From Candidatus Nanohalarchaeota archaeon (GTDB taxonomy: Archaea > EX4484-52 > B79-G9): a DNA stretch of 64,000 bases. Shown here in pieces: positions 46,336-57,300 of the stretch; position 1 is the stretch's first letter, and each line of letters opens with the position of its first letter. Location: positions 15,010-79,009 of the forward strand of contig DAOWAN010000001.1 of NCBI GenBank assembly GCA_030634545.1, read 5' to 3'. A program made the translations under genes and the position numbers. A model generated the notes under the pieces. It did not search any database, was not told the DNA's origin, and worked only from the letters and a program-made list of their open reading frames with translations.

Positions 46336-48147
46336 CTAACAAGCAGAATCCGTAGTATGTATACCAGTGCATGAATTACCATCACAATCATTATCTTCTA
46401 CTTTATCAATAAGGATATAAAACTGAAGTGTCGGATTCACCCACTGATTTGTGCTAACATCATAATATTTGTATTTTGCATCTGTAATCTTTACAAGAAC
46501 TTTGATATGTTTCAAAGCATAAAAGTGACCATAGGTCACAGTACAGGTTACTTTACGACACTTAATGGGATTGCCATCAGTGCCACAGTCACCATAACCA
46601 CACGTGCAGCTACTCACACTACAATCACTTTTCATATGATCATGATATGTCAGATAAGCATCAGATCCAGTCTCTACATTATCCCCGCCAGTGCATTCAT
46701 CCGTCCCGGAACCGAAAGAGGTATGATCATTTGTATGACCATCTGCACAGTCCATTCTAATACTTACAGGACCAACGAACTCCCACACCAGATCATCAGA
46801 ATTATAAATCGTATTAAGATTAGTTTCAGCACTATTCAGAGCAGATTGAATAATATTTAAGAAATCATTCTCATCATATTTATCCGTATCATCATTAGGA
46901 CACAAAGGTTCACAGCTATCACAACAACCACCCAGACAGTTACCACTACACTCATCGCAACAATCACGCGTTTCACTTTCACGATGATAGTCATCAAGAG
47001 CATTAAGCCCATCAAATACCTTGTTTTTTATGAGTGTATCAAGATTCAACAAAAGATATTCACCTGCATCACTAAGCGCATAATGCCTGACTTTGATCTC
47101 CTCTTCTATCAGCCCGGAACTCGTTATTGTTACAAGATTATCATCCGGTTTTCCAAACAGGTCTTTTACTGAAAGTGTTATGCCATCTTCCTCAGACCAT
47201 ACTATACCTTTTGTGAAACTACCGGGAATATATATACCCTGCAGTGGTTTGATTTCTGTAACGATATCATTTTCCAGTTCGGAATTTTTTTCGGTAAGCA
47301 GCGTTTCCATATTAGCATGATATTTATTAAGATTTTCTGTAAACAGTTCATTTTGTGCATGTATAATATTATTATCATAAATTGTAATACCTATTTGCTT
47401 TATTACTGCAACCTCATCTACTTCACCAATTGAATTAGTACCATTGAACTGTATAGTCAATGGACATTCATTTCCAGCCGCAAGATTACCTGCACCAATA
47501 TCAGTTATTATGTACTCATATGTCCCGTCATAGGTTATTATATTTGGAGTCGGAATTACCGGTTCAATGGTAATCCCAGGACCCCCTGTAATCTGCACTT
47601 CTCCTTTCTTTATCATAATCAGATTGACAACCATGTGCATATCATATACATCATCAGCTAGTTCCTCTATATACTGTTGAAGTTCACCATCCTTATTAGA
47701 CTTAACGCAATAGTTGAGTTCCCCCACCAGAATATTAGGATCTTTAGCTACCAGATATGGCACTCGCATATCTGTTCTCATGCAGCCCGGAAGCGCCCAA
47801 TAAGGTATCGCTGTAGATCCGCTTTCAATTCTCAGTCTGGGTCCTGTACCATCCACATAGCCATCCGCATTCGTATCGACAAGAGTATCCTCTGGAAAGT
47901 TACCACCCGCCATCAACTCTTCATGCGTTTCCATCAATGAATGAAATGCCGCTGTCTTCTCAAAACCCTGCTTTATATTCTGGATGTTTTTGTCCATTGT
48001 AAGGCTGAAGTATTTATTGTAAAGATTAATTGATTCCTTTGTACCCCATATTAATTCACCGCTTACTCTTAGAATCATGACACCAAGTACAACCATTATA
48101 ATAAATACACTTATCATTACCGTCATATTTGCTTTATTATAGTTCAT
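46336..48147 (-). CDS. large Cys-rich surface protein with pilin-like N-terminal helix
   Basis: 603 aa. The N-terminus is MNYNKANMTVMISVFIIMVVLGVMIL. It contains dense Cys clusters (RDCCDECSGNCLGGCCDSCEPLC) and is the last gene of the minus-strand pilin-like operon. Confidence 0.6.
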   Translation of the reverse strand: MNYNKANMTVMISVFIIMVVLGVMILRVSGELIWGTKESINLYNKYFSLTMDKNIQNIKQGFEKTAAFHSLMETHEELMAGGNFPEDTLVDTNADGYVDGTGPRLRIESGSTAIPYWALPGCMRTDMRVPYLVAKDPNILVGELNYCVKSNKDGELQQYIEELADDVYDMHMVVNLIMIKKGEVQITGGPGITIEPVIPTPNIITYDGTYEYIITDIGAGNLAAGNECPLTIQFNGTNSIGEVDEVAVIKQIGITIYDNNIIHAQNELFTENLNKYHANMETLLTEKNSELENDIVTEIKPLQGIYIPGSFTKGIVWSEEDGITLSVKDLFGKPDDNLVTITSSGLIEEEIKVRHYALSDAGEYLLLNLDTLIKNKVFDGLNALDDYHRESETRDCCDECSGNCLGGCCDSCEPLCPNDDTDKYDENDFLNIIQSALNSAETNLNTIYNSDDLVWEFVGPVSIRMDCADGHTNDHTSFGSGTDECTGGDNVETGSDAYLTYHDHMKSDCSVSSCTCGYGDCGTDGNPIKCRKVTCTVTYGHFYALKHIKVLVKITDAKYKYYDVSTNQWVNPTLQFYILIDKVEDNDCDGNSCTGIHTTDSAC

Positions 48148-48176
48148 TTATTCACTTCATATTTTCTTGTATTCTG

Positions 48177-48842
48177 CTAGACTAGGAGATCTTTGCAACA
48201 ACAGTGATTTATGTCACATGCATATTTATCTTTGCATATACCGCCAAATATCTGACACGTCTTTTTTTGTACACAGTACAAATCATCATCCTCTGGACAC
48301 GTCGATTTATCAGTATCTATTTCAAAATTTTTCTTTATTTTCAATACTGCAATAGCAATCCCATTATTTTTTGGTAGAGCTATGTGTTCCTCTTCTATTG
48401 AGATATCACCTTCATCCAGTTCCCATCCAACTGTCAGATAATTCATATCTCCATATTTCACATAAAAATAGTACTCATCAATGTAGAGTCTATCTGCATA
48501 TTCTTCTATGCATTCTCCTATCTGTATGATATCTTCATTGCCATTATATTCTATTTTAATGTCATCATCTGCATCAGGGATTGGACTTTGCGAAAGTGCT
48601 ATTGCGATTACATCTTTGAGTGGCAGTGTTGTATTTGAAGTGCAGTGATTATTGTTCAAAAGCACATATAGATACGTATCCACAGTTGATGTTTCCTCTG
48701 CAAATTTTAATGTTTCAACTGCCTGTTTTGTGAAAAGTACTTGTGCCAGAATTATCACCACAGCACAGACCAGCAGTATTACCATAGTCAAATAGATGTC
48801 AAACATCATTATTCCCTTCTTGTGCGTGTTTCGTGTATTCAT
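48177..48842 (-). CDS. class III signal peptide (pilin-like) protein, Cys-rich C-terminus
   Basis: 221 aa. The N-terminus is HKKG|IMMFDIYLTMVILLVCAVVIIL and the C-terminus is CPEDDDLYCVQKKTCQIFGGICKDKYACDINHCCC. Confidence 0.6.
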   Translation of the reverse strand: MNTRNTHKKGIMMFDIYLTMVILLVCAVVIILAQVLFTKQAVETLKFAEETSTVDTYLYVLLNNNHCTSNTTLPLKDVIAIALSQSPIPDADDDIKIEYNGNEDIIQIGECIEEYADRLYIDEYYFYVKYGDMNYLTVGWELDEGDISIEEEHIALPKNNGIAIAVLKIKKNFEIDTDKSTCPEDDDLYCVQKKTCQIFGGICKDKYACDINHCCCKDLLV

Positions 48843-48844
48843 AT

Positions 48845-50050
48845 TTACACCTGTTTCAACAATACATTCAACTGTGTTGATTGTCCTGATTTATATAGCA
48901 ACGTGCTTTTTTCATAATCTTCATATCCGTCTTTAGTTATCTTCACATTAACATATCCGGATGTAGAACCAGCTATAACTGTTGAGAAATCTATATTTTG
49001 TATCAGATAATCACCATCTTTATCCGATTCAGTGGAGAATAAATTCTCCGGTATTTCGATTAATGCTCCTTTTATTGGTTCTCCTGTAGCATCATCAGAT
49101 ATTGTTCCTGTAAGGTGCGCGTATATTAATTCGTAATTCTCTGCACATCGTCTGTTTGTTTCACAAATTTCAGATTCGCAACTATCCTTTAATTCTCCAA
49201 GGCACGGCTGACCCAGTATCAATTTGTCAGGTATAGAACCCCCCGCACACTTTTGTTCATCTGTGCAGTCAAATGTTTCACATTCACAATCATTGGAACA
49301 CCCATCCCCTGATTTTTTGATATATGTACATTCTTCTGGCTGACATGTTGCATTTGCCTGCCCCGGACCCTTTATGCAATTCTCTAAAAAGCAATTATTT
49401 ACAGCGTATTTGTAGATATGTGATATATGATCTAACTCTGAACCAGCGATTGTTGTTTTACCTTCGCTTTTGTAATCACAGAACATTTCATCCTGAAGTT
49501 TGTCAGTCCATGTATTTGTCTCAATATTCGCACTAAGTATTGCAGTATGATATTCATCCAGCAATACATATCCGAATTCCTCATCCACAGGTTCACTATT
49601 CGTATTTAACTGTATTATCATGTCGAAGTCAGGTTTCATCTTTTCTATTATCAGCGGCTGATAGTTGCTGAATGTCCATCTTTGCCTGCTCTCAAGATCT
49701 TTTATATCTATCCGGTATTTGATATTGCCAATATCCAGACAGGACAATGTAGCACTATTTAATTCAGAAGAGATTCTTATCTGATCCACAATGAATTTCC
49801 TGATTTCCACACGGTCCCCTAGATTATTATTTGTACAGGGCGCTGTAAGATAATTATTAAACATTGCTATTTCAAGGCTTTCCTCAGATAATATATCTTG
49901 TATCTGTTGTTCATCTGATGTACTTACCATGGAAAATATAAGGAAAAACATTAGTAATGATAATGTAATGAATATAACGATCATCTGAATTGTTTCACCA
50001 GCCATAAAATCACTGAAATAAATTAATGTCATTGTGTGACATATTTGCAA
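48845..50050 (-). CDS. pilin-like N-terminus, Cys-rich middle, carboxypeptidase-regulatory-like C-terminal domain
   Basis: 401 aa. The likely start is MAGETIQMIVIFITLSLLMFF at 50005. The C-terminal GTISDDATGEPIKGALIEI...TDKDG-like beta-sandwich pattern is of the CarboxypepD_reg type. Confidence 0.6.
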   Translation of the reverse strand: MQICHTMTLIYFSDFMAGETIQMIVIFITLSLLMFFLIFSMVSTSDEQQIQDILSEESLEIAMFNNYLTAPCTNNNLGDRVEIRKFIVDQIRISSELNSATLSCLDIGNIKYRIDIKDLESRQRWTFSNYQPLIIEKMKPDFDMIIQLNTNSEPVDEEFGYVLLDEYHTAILSANIETNTWTDKLQDEMFCDYKSEGKTTIAGSELDHISHIYKYAVNNCFLENCIKGPGQANATCQPEECTYIKKSGDGCSNDCECETFDCTDEQKCAGGSIPDKLILGQPCLGELKDSCESEICETNRRCAENYELIYAHLTGTISDDATGEPIKGALIEIPENLFSTESDKDGDYLIQNIDFSTVIAGSTSGYVNVKITKDGYEDYEKSTLLYKSGQSTQLNVLLKQV

Positions 50051-50499
50051 CTATTTTGTTTTATGTCACAGCATTCTTCCCCTGCATCACATATTGTTAT
50101 CTGCGGCTTGCATTCAATTATTCTTTTTGATATGCATATCCTTTCTGTGCCTGCCATATTCTCACTATTAATTACATTTTTCTGGTAATGAGGCATTGCA
50201 AACGAGTGTATCATTCCAGATTCATCTGCAAGAGTGTGCGTTTGTTCAATAAATGTCAGACGTACATGCGTCTCGTTCAGTTCATATGCAAAGTTCTTTT
50301 TCAGATCAAATTGCCTTACACCCTGTTCAACTGTCGCTAGATTCACAATTATACTTGTAATCGCACGTGTTGTCTGATCTGTTATTATGTCAAGTTCTGC
50401 ACCAGTAAGTCCAGTCATCATTTTCGTACCAACAACCACTACAAGAGCAGCAACAATTAACGAACCTAAAATAGTGATAATCTCTACAGTTTCTGACAT
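50029..50499 (-). CDS. membrane-anchored/pilin-like protein (156 aa)
   Basis: The N-terminus is MSETVEIITILGSLIVAALVVVVG and the C-terminus is Cys-rich (CKPQITICDAGEECCDIKQNSC). Confidence 0.5.
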   Translation of the reverse strand: MSETVEIITILGSLIVAALVVVVGTKMMTGLTGAELDIITDQTTRAITSIIVNLATVEQGVRQFDLKKNFAYELNETHVRLTFIEQTHTLADESGMIHSFAMPHYQKNVINSENMAGTERICISKRIIECKPQITICDAGEECCDIKQNSCKYVTQ

Positions 50500-50529
50500 A
50501 TATTACAACCTCTCTTCACTTACTACAAT

Positions 50530-50694
50530 CTATTTCTTTGATGCAACATCCACAATTTCTGCCGGTAGGTTAACAAGTCTCAATATATCAAGAACATTTC
50601 CAAAAACCCGGTTTACTGCAATGACAATCACAGCAGCAGCTAACATCGCAATCAATAATCCACGTATCCAGCGCGGAATTTCCATGACACCCAT
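50530..50694 (-). CDS. small pilin-like protein (54 aa, not in the supplied ORF track)
   Basis: It translates as MGVMEIPRWIRG|LLIAMLAAAVIVIAVNRVFGNVLDILRLVNLPAEIVDVASKK. A GGTGA motif lies 6 nt upstream of the ATG. Confidence 0.55.
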   Translation of the reverse strand: MGVMEIPRWIRGLLIAMLAAAVIVIAVNRVFGNVLDILRLVNLPAEIVDVASKK

Positions 50695-50716
50695 TTATCA
50701 TCACCTGTTTTACATT

Positions 50717-52540
50717 TCACTTTTTAATGCATCCATACTCTGATTTTTGCTCATCCAATTCCCATTCACATATACCAGAACATTCGCCACATATTGTTTT
50801 ACTATGACAGCTCACACAGTCTCCACAGCATTGCCGGTATATTATTATTGTTTCTTCTTTTATGTTGTTATCTTCTCTTTGTTTTTCATTGATGACAGGA
50901 TATATTGCAGTATCTATATTATCTATTCTTACTTTTACTGTGTTCAGTTCACTCTTATCGAAACTGCCTGCACTCAATCCATCAGTAGTTATATCGGATA
51001 TATCAACAGTCTCAGATGGGTCAATTGTTACTTCATTTACATGAACAGTCTCTTCATTACCATTTATTGTGACATACAGGTTCTCCCCGTCAAATGATAT
51101 TGCCTCAGCTCCATTGTTTCTGATTTTTACATTAATATATCTTAAACCAACATCCATAGAACTAAATATAGTATTCTCATCACAGTCTTCAACAGCTTTG
51201 CATGGGTGTATGTCCACAATACTTATATCTGGAGGAGCACTGCATTCATGTGTTCCTTCATTTTCTATAATTGTTCCCTCTCGATATACCTTCTCTGGCA
51301 GATGGCATGCACCTTCTGGTTCATCTGTAACAACATGGGTCAATATATTCACACAGCCGGTTTCGTATTCTGTCTTTAGAGAATATTTACAGACGCCATC
51401 AAGAGTGTATTCACCGTCATCTGAGCGACTGGAGAGAATATATTCCCAGTATTTACCATCATCATCAGTCTCACCATAGCAAAGATATTTTTCCAGATTA
51501 GTACATCTCATACTTGCAGAAACTCTCGCTGTACATACACCAACATCACTACCCTCTGCTTCAATAAGAATATTGAACAGAATCTCTTTTAATTCCCCGT
51601 TGATTTTAGGCATAGTGAAATGATAGTACGAATCACCTTCATTATATTTAAGCCCAAGATCATGAGATGATGCAATTCTACAATCTGCAATAATAACGCC
51701 TGTTTCAGGATGCCTGCATCCACCACCGCTTCCACCAAATATAATCTGCACATCTGCTTTCATATGTGAAGACAATGCTGATTTCACTTCTTTTTTGAAA
51801 TTAACTTTTGTTATATCCTTTGTACCCATCTGATTAAAATTTATGCCCTCAGGAAAACTTGCATCATTCACGCAGGTCCATCTTTTAGTGATTGGCTTGA
51901 CTTCTTCTACATTGAATGATATTTCATAAATCTCGGGCTTGAATTTTTCCAGTTCTGCTTTCTTTTCACATGGCAGTTGAAATTCAACATCACTGCAGAT
52001 GCCGTCACATAATTTGTAATAATCATCAACTAATATTAAAGACACTCCGTCTTTATCCCGTATAGCTATCGCTTCAGTATCATCACCGGTCTTGGGTTTA
52101 ATTTTCATACTAGGATTTACGATATCTTCTTTGAGTGTAAGGGTCATTGTTGAGCATGGCTGAAACTCTCCTTTAAGTGCATAATATTCCGTAGTTGAAG
52201 TACCTGTTGAACCACCTCCGGATGCTTCCTGTTCATCATGAATCTCCTTTATTTTTGTAAATATCTCACCACAGGTAAGTTCACTTTCTTCATACGGCAC
52301 TTCGTTGCACTTTAGCCTTTCATCTTCAGTATATGACTCCCCTGGACATTTTGGCATACATAATGCTTCTTCAAGGTACAATGCAGTTAGTTCAGGACTC
52401 ACATCAGGTATTGCTTCTCTTCCCCCTTCTTCACCCTGAGCTGTGAAAACAGCAAAAAGACCAATAGCTACCACAGCAATCACTAACAGTGCAAACAGAT
52501 GAACTTGACCTTTACAATTATTCCTTTGCATATACATCAA
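50717..52540 (-). CDS. large class III signal peptide protein with CARDB-like domain and Cys-rich C-terminus
   Basis: 607 aa. The N-terminus is MQRNNCKG|QVHLFALLVIAVVAIGL. It has a CARDB-like segment (YINVKIRNNGAEAISFDGENLYVTING) and the C-terminus CCGDCVSCHSKTICGECSGICEW. Confidence 0.6.
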   Translation of the reverse strand: MMYMQRNNCKGQVHLFALLVIAVVAIGLFAVFTAQGEEGGREAIPDVSPELTALYLEEALCMPKCPGESYTEDERLKCNEVPYEESELTCGEIFTKIKEIHDEQEASGGGSTGTSTTEYYALKGEFQPCSTMTLTLKEDIVNPSMKIKPKTGDDTEAIAIRDKDGVSLILVDDYYKLCDGICSDVEFQLPCEKKAELEKFKPEIYEISFNVEEVKPITKRWTCVNDASFPEGINFNQMGTKDITKVNFKKEVKSALSSHMKADVQIIFGGSGGGCRHPETGVIIADCRIASSHDLGLKYNEGDSYYHFTMPKINGELKEILFNILIEAEGSDVGVCTARVSASMRCTNLEKYLCYGETDDDGKYWEYILSSRSDDGEYTLDGVCKYSLKTEYETGCVNILTHVVTDEPEGACHLPEKVYREGTIIENEGTHECSAPPDISIVDIHPCKAVEDCDENTIFSSMDVGLRYINVKIRNNGAEAISFDGENLYVTINGNEETVHVNEVTIDPSETVDISDITTDGLSAGSFDKSELNTVKVRIDNIDTAIYPVINEKQREDNNIKEETIIIYRQCCGDCVSCHSKTICGECSGICEWELDEQKSEYGCIKK

Positions 52541-52741
52541 TTAACATTCACTATAGTTAACAAACAAACTTTCTATGATTATGATTTGACCGAAATAAAT
52601 AATCGACCGAACATTTTGAGCATCAACTCAAAAACTTAAGACATAATCTCAGGATTTTCAACAAATATTGAAAAGCTTCAAACGATAATGAGATGATATA
52701 GGAATCCATACACCATTTAACTGTTAGTGGATTCACTGTAA

Positions 52742-53041
52742 TTATACTGGCAGACACTCTACACCTACACCTTCATCCATACAATTTTCACCAGTACCCC
52801 CCTCTGTGGCCCAGTCAGGGCAATCCCCGCCGTGCAGGCTGCGGCATGAATCACAAAGCCGTTTGCACATCTCTATCTTGATAGTGTTACCACCCTGCTC
52901 TATGGGTTCTATTGTACCAGCTTCTGCTCTTTTTGTTGTACTGTACAGCATAGTGATTAATATAAGTGCCACTACAAGACTGACAACTATTACCATCACA
53001 ATCCATATTGTTTGACTCATTCCTTTTCTCATTTTAATCAC
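52742..53041 (-). CDS. class III signal peptide (pilin-like) protein, 8 Cys in C-terminal half
   Basis: The probable start is ATG 53032, giving MRKG|MSQTIWIVMVIVVSLVVALILI. Confidence 0.6.
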   Translation of the reverse strand: MIKMRKGMSQTIWIVMVIVVSLVVALILITMLYSTTKRAEAGTIEPIEQGGNTIKIEMCKRLCDSCRSLHGGDCPDWATEGGTGENCMDEGVGVECLPV

Positions 53042-53049
53042 TACTGAGA

Positions 53050-53217
53050 TTATGCACTTGGAAACTTTATAACACTGGTTACCATTTCTTCTGCTTTACC
53101 ACCAAGGAAAATATAGAACCCTGCAACAATTACAAGCACAACTATTCCCAGAACCAAAAGCATTGTCTGATTGATTGCCAGCGAGCCATGTCTCGTTCTT
53201 TTAGATATCTTATTCAT
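53050..53217 (-). CDS. small pilin-like protein (55 aa, not in the supplied ORF track)
   Basis: It translates as MNKISKRTRHG|SLAINQTMLLVLGIVVLVIVAGFYIFLGGKAEEMVTSVIKFPSA. A GGGGG motif lies about 7 nt upstream of the ATG. It is the first gene of the minus-strand operon. Confidence 0.6.
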   Translation of the reverse strand: MNKISKRTRHGSLAINQTMLLVLGIVVLVIVAGFYIFLGGKAEEMVTSVIKFPSA

Positions 53218-53345
53218 TAATGTCCCCCTAAATAAATATTAGTTTTTTGTAGTATTTATAGTTTGCATTATTTTCGCATCCGTAGTGAAAATTGCACGCA
53301 ATAATACATAATCTATTTATATGACCAAATATAATATATGGATTC

Positions 53346-53477
53346 ATGGTATGGAAAGGTACGACAAAGGTCCAGATTTTTGTTATTTTAGGTTTTATTC
53401 TGGGATTGGTCTTCCTGCTTTTCTTACTTGGATATTCTATGGATATTCTTAATGTTGATTATGGTGATGTAGCTTGA
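53346..53477 (+). CDS. possible small pilin-like protein (43 aa, not in the supplied ORF track)
   Basis: It translates as MVWKG|TTKVQIFVILGFILGLVFLLFLLGYSMDILNVDYGDVA. No clear SD motif is present. Its stop overlaps the next ORF's TTG start (TTGA). Confidence 0.35.
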   Translation: MVWKGTTKVQIFVILGFILGLVFLLFLLGYSMDILNVDYGDVA

Positions 53478-53662
53478 ATAAAATTCTATCTCTAAAATAT
53501 GGTCGATACCGGAAAGGGTTAGAGTTTGGTACAATATGCAAAGTTATACTGTTTATTGTAACTACAGTTCTTCTCTTGATTGTAATTTCATCAATACTTA
53601 ATAGGGGGATAGCAGAGGCACCGATACCAGACCCATTTACTTCATACAGGAATATTGCATGA
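53474..53662 (+). CDS. possible small pilin-like protein (62 aa, TTG start)
   Basis: The N-terminus is YRKG|LEFGTICKVILFIVTTVLLLIVISS. The competing antisense ORF 53449..53730 has no comparable feature. Confidence 0.4.
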   Translation: MNKILSLKYGRYRKGLEFGTICKVILFIVTTVLLLIVISSILNRGIAEAPIPDPFTSYRNIA

Positions 53663-53743
53663 TATTTTGTAGTATCCAAACAACTGGAGATTACGTTACA
53701 CACATGCAAGTTATTTAAGGTCATAAACACTTACTTAAGTAAT

Positions 53744-54289
53744 ATGCATCATAATACTTCTCGCGGATTAAGTCATATTGAATTTATAGGCAACATTATC
53801 CTTGCCCTGCTACTCCTTTCTATTCTTTTATATCTGTTTGGAAGTGTTTTAGGAGACAAACTCAATGATTATGCGGAAAGACTGATCAATGTTAATGAGG
53901 AACAGATTTATGTGAAGGACTGCATACTGCTTGACAGCGATGCAAATGATTTTGAAAAAGACAGCATCAATAATTTTGTTGTTGACATTGGAGAAGTGAA
54001 CGTGAAAGAGATCATACTTCTTGGAATTTTTTTTGACTGGCAGAAGCCCACAGATGGAGCATACATCAAAGAATGGATGACCACATGCCACAATGGTCCG
54101 GATCTTTTTGATTCACCATGGGAAACCGGAGAAGTAAAATACGACACAGCAATACAATTTACCGAATCAAATGCCTACCAGACAGAAGTTGAATGCGAAA
54201 ATAAGATTGATGTTTCTATAACAATAGGTGACCGATTTTTGGCAGGCAGTGATGCAAAAGTTTATCTGTGCTATAAGGCTGACAGATAA
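53744..54289 (+). CDS. class III signal peptide (pilin-like) protein (181 aa)
   Basis: The N-terminus is MHHNTSRG|LSHIEFIGNIILALLLLSILLYLF. Confidence 0.6.
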   Translation: MHHNTSRGLSHIEFIGNIILALLLLSILLYLFGSVLGDKLNDYAERLINVNEEQIYVKDCILLDSDANDFEKDSINNFVVDIGEVNVKEIILLGIFFDWQKPTDGAYIKEWMTTCHNGPDLFDSPWETGEVKYDTAIQFTESNAYQTEVECENKIDVSITIGDRFLAGSDAKVYLCYKADR

Positions 54290-54307
54290 GCAAAGTAAAT
54301 TATATAT

Positions 54308-57300
54308 ATGAGTAGACCCTATATCTTTTGTATGTCTGTTCAAATGTCAACATCATTACTGGGTGGAATCGTTCTGGGTTTGCTTGCTCTTTTAATCTCT
54401 TTGCAGTTAATCGGCGTTCTTGACGTAATGAATGTTGCAGAGTGGGCTATTGAAAGTTTTACTTTTCTGCTGGAAGAACTGTTCAATATTCGTACAGAAG
54501 AGGATAGAATTGCAATAGAATCCACATCGGCTCTTACTTGTGCAACAGATACTGTTGCGAGGATAAACCAGTTAATTGAAGATGGAGAGGTAATCCCTGA
54601 AAATATATTTGATAGTCCTTCCTGCAGTCAAGGTATGCCTGTCGGGCTTGCCATTGCAAGGAATGCGCCAAGACACGGTCTTATGACTGCGAGAGTGATT
54701 GCTGTAACAGATAAGATTACTGGTGCAGGTATAGCTGACATCGAGAACCCTGATGCTGCTTATGAATGCGGATCAGATGATAATGTAAAAGAATGCGGTA
54801 AAATCGATAACGAGATATGTAAGAAAGGCGAACGCTGTGTTGAGGGTATTGGTCTAGCTGGAATTACCGTATGGGACTGCAAAAAGGATGATACCTGTAT
54901 TCCACCAGCAGAACGCGTCAGCAAAGAATTTTTTCCAGATGCATCATCATTATGTTTTGGTAATGATATGCATGTTTGTGTTTTGTGCGGAACACAAGCA
55001 GATTTGACACCAGATAAGGTCTGCTGCAAGTGTAACTTTGGTGGTGCTATTTCCTATTCTTATGGTTTAAAATGTGGTGGATGCTTTGGCATGACGGGTC
55101 TATGTGAAGATGCACCAAATCAAAATAAATGTAAGGATTTGGGCGTTGAGTTTGTACATTCCTGTGCAGCCGAAGTTTATGAAGATGAACGTAGTTTCCA
55201 ATGCGAAGTACTCGGTTTCGAACTCCCACAGAAAGGACTGGTAGAAGACGAATTATTTAAAAGCGACCCCCTGCTGGGACCAATTAATTACATCGCAGTC
55301 ACAGGAGACCCGAAATATGTTGTTTTTAATGAGAAATTCCCTGAAAGCGTGTCTCAAAACTGGAATCTTCTTGGGGAGGACCTAGCCATAATATACATCG
55401 GTACTGCAGCAGGAATTACACTGCTCACCGATTGTGCAATACCCGGGGTTGGAAAAATGCTTGGAAAGGCAAGTGAAGGTGTTGTTAATACCGGCATCGC
55501 AAAAACTCTTAAAAGCCATGTTGATGATACCAAGAACTTTATCGGAGGTTTTCAGGACGGTGCAACCAATAAAATCAGCAGGATTTTTCTAAAGAGAGGT
55601 CTGAATAAAGCCAAAAAAAACAGCCTTAAAAAACAAGCTGAAAAAAACATAGAGGATATTTCAAGGCTCCCTCTTGCAAAGGAAGATATTTATGCCTTGA
55701 AATGGGAACTTCGTGCCGCTTCTGATTTGAGTGAGACTGCAGAAGATTTGACTGATGAAGCTGCAGAGGAATTAGCGTATGAACTTGGAGAACTCTGGCT
55801 TGTGAAAAATAATGCAGACTTAAGTGATGCTGTACGACAGGAAGCAGATGATAAAATAATAGAAAAACTAGGGAAACTGGAAATCTACCCGAATACCGTG
55901 CCGGATGATGAATATATAATGAATCCAATCATTCGTGCATCCGACGGGCTGGTCCAGATTCACCGAGCACGAAGCCACAGACTCCCCGAACTCACAAATT
56001 TTATGAAGACCGGCTCGATAGTGGTAGAAAATCACGATGTTGATGAAAAAGTACTCCAAAAATTAATCTTCGAAACAACAGACATGTTTCCGGATAAATC
56101 AAAGGTCGATATGGCAGTAGAAGTAATTGTAAAACAGGCATCTGAAGGAGATGCCGCTGCAAAGGGATTCATTTCTGCTGCCGGGGCTATTGCTGATGGA
56201 GATGGTAAAGTAAAGGCTGCCACATTTTTAAAATTAATGAGAGATAACGGGATAACAGGCAAATCATTAGACCCAACAACAAAAAAGGGAGCTGCAACAA
56301 TCGGTCTGGGTCTTGCAATGGTTGGCGCAGCAAAAATTGAGAATATGGACTACCTGCGCGATCCAAGCAACTGCGGAACAAACGCACTATGCCTTTTCGG
56401 GCATGATTGGTCACTCGATATTTCAGCAGACATGAAATTTCAGGGAAAAATGGGTGATGATGCACTAAACCTCCCTCTTGAACTCAAAGAAGCAGAAAAC
56501 GGCGGTCAGTTTTATCTTGCAAGCCCATGCAAAGCAGATATTATACTGACACAATCCAAATGCGAGTGCCGTAAGTTCTATGAAGCAGATATTTTTTATT
56601 CAGACATAGTAATAGAAGAATGGGGTATTAAACTTGTACCTGCGCCGGGACTTGCTCCAGTGTTCATATTTACTATTATTGAAACCTTCACAGTTGAAGC
56701 AAAATTCCCCACAGATTCAACTTACGAATTTAAATATGACGGAGATCCAATAACTTTTAAATTTACTCCAGAAGAAGACGAGAAAAATACTGAAGAAATA
56801 ACGCTTAAAGATGGAGATACAATAACGGATCCATTGGTTCTTGAGCATGCGCTCAGAAGCATGGATAAAGACCAATTAAATCACTGGGTTAGACCAAATA
56901 CCAATTATGAAAAGCAACTTCACAACCCACTTAATGATGATGAACCTAATGAATATAAATTTTCGCGCATGATACGCCAAAATTTGGAACAAGGCGTAAA
57001 CTATAAGAAGTGCATTAAGGGAGACTGGTGGGAATTCTGGCAGGAGAATGAAAATCCAGACTGCATAAAAGTTGAGTTGAAAGGTTATGGCGATTACGAT
57101 CCGAATTTTTGCTTTGAGAAAAAATGGGATGAAGCAAGCAGAGCAGAAGCGGCACTTTTCGGAACAGAAATGGTTGTAGGTGCCGCTGCAGCACTATTAG
57201 CAGCACCGACAGGTCCAGGCGCATTAGTTGCATACTGCGGAACATCAATGGCTGTATCTACTGCAGGTGCATGGGTGCTTGCAGGGTACATGGCAGAAGA

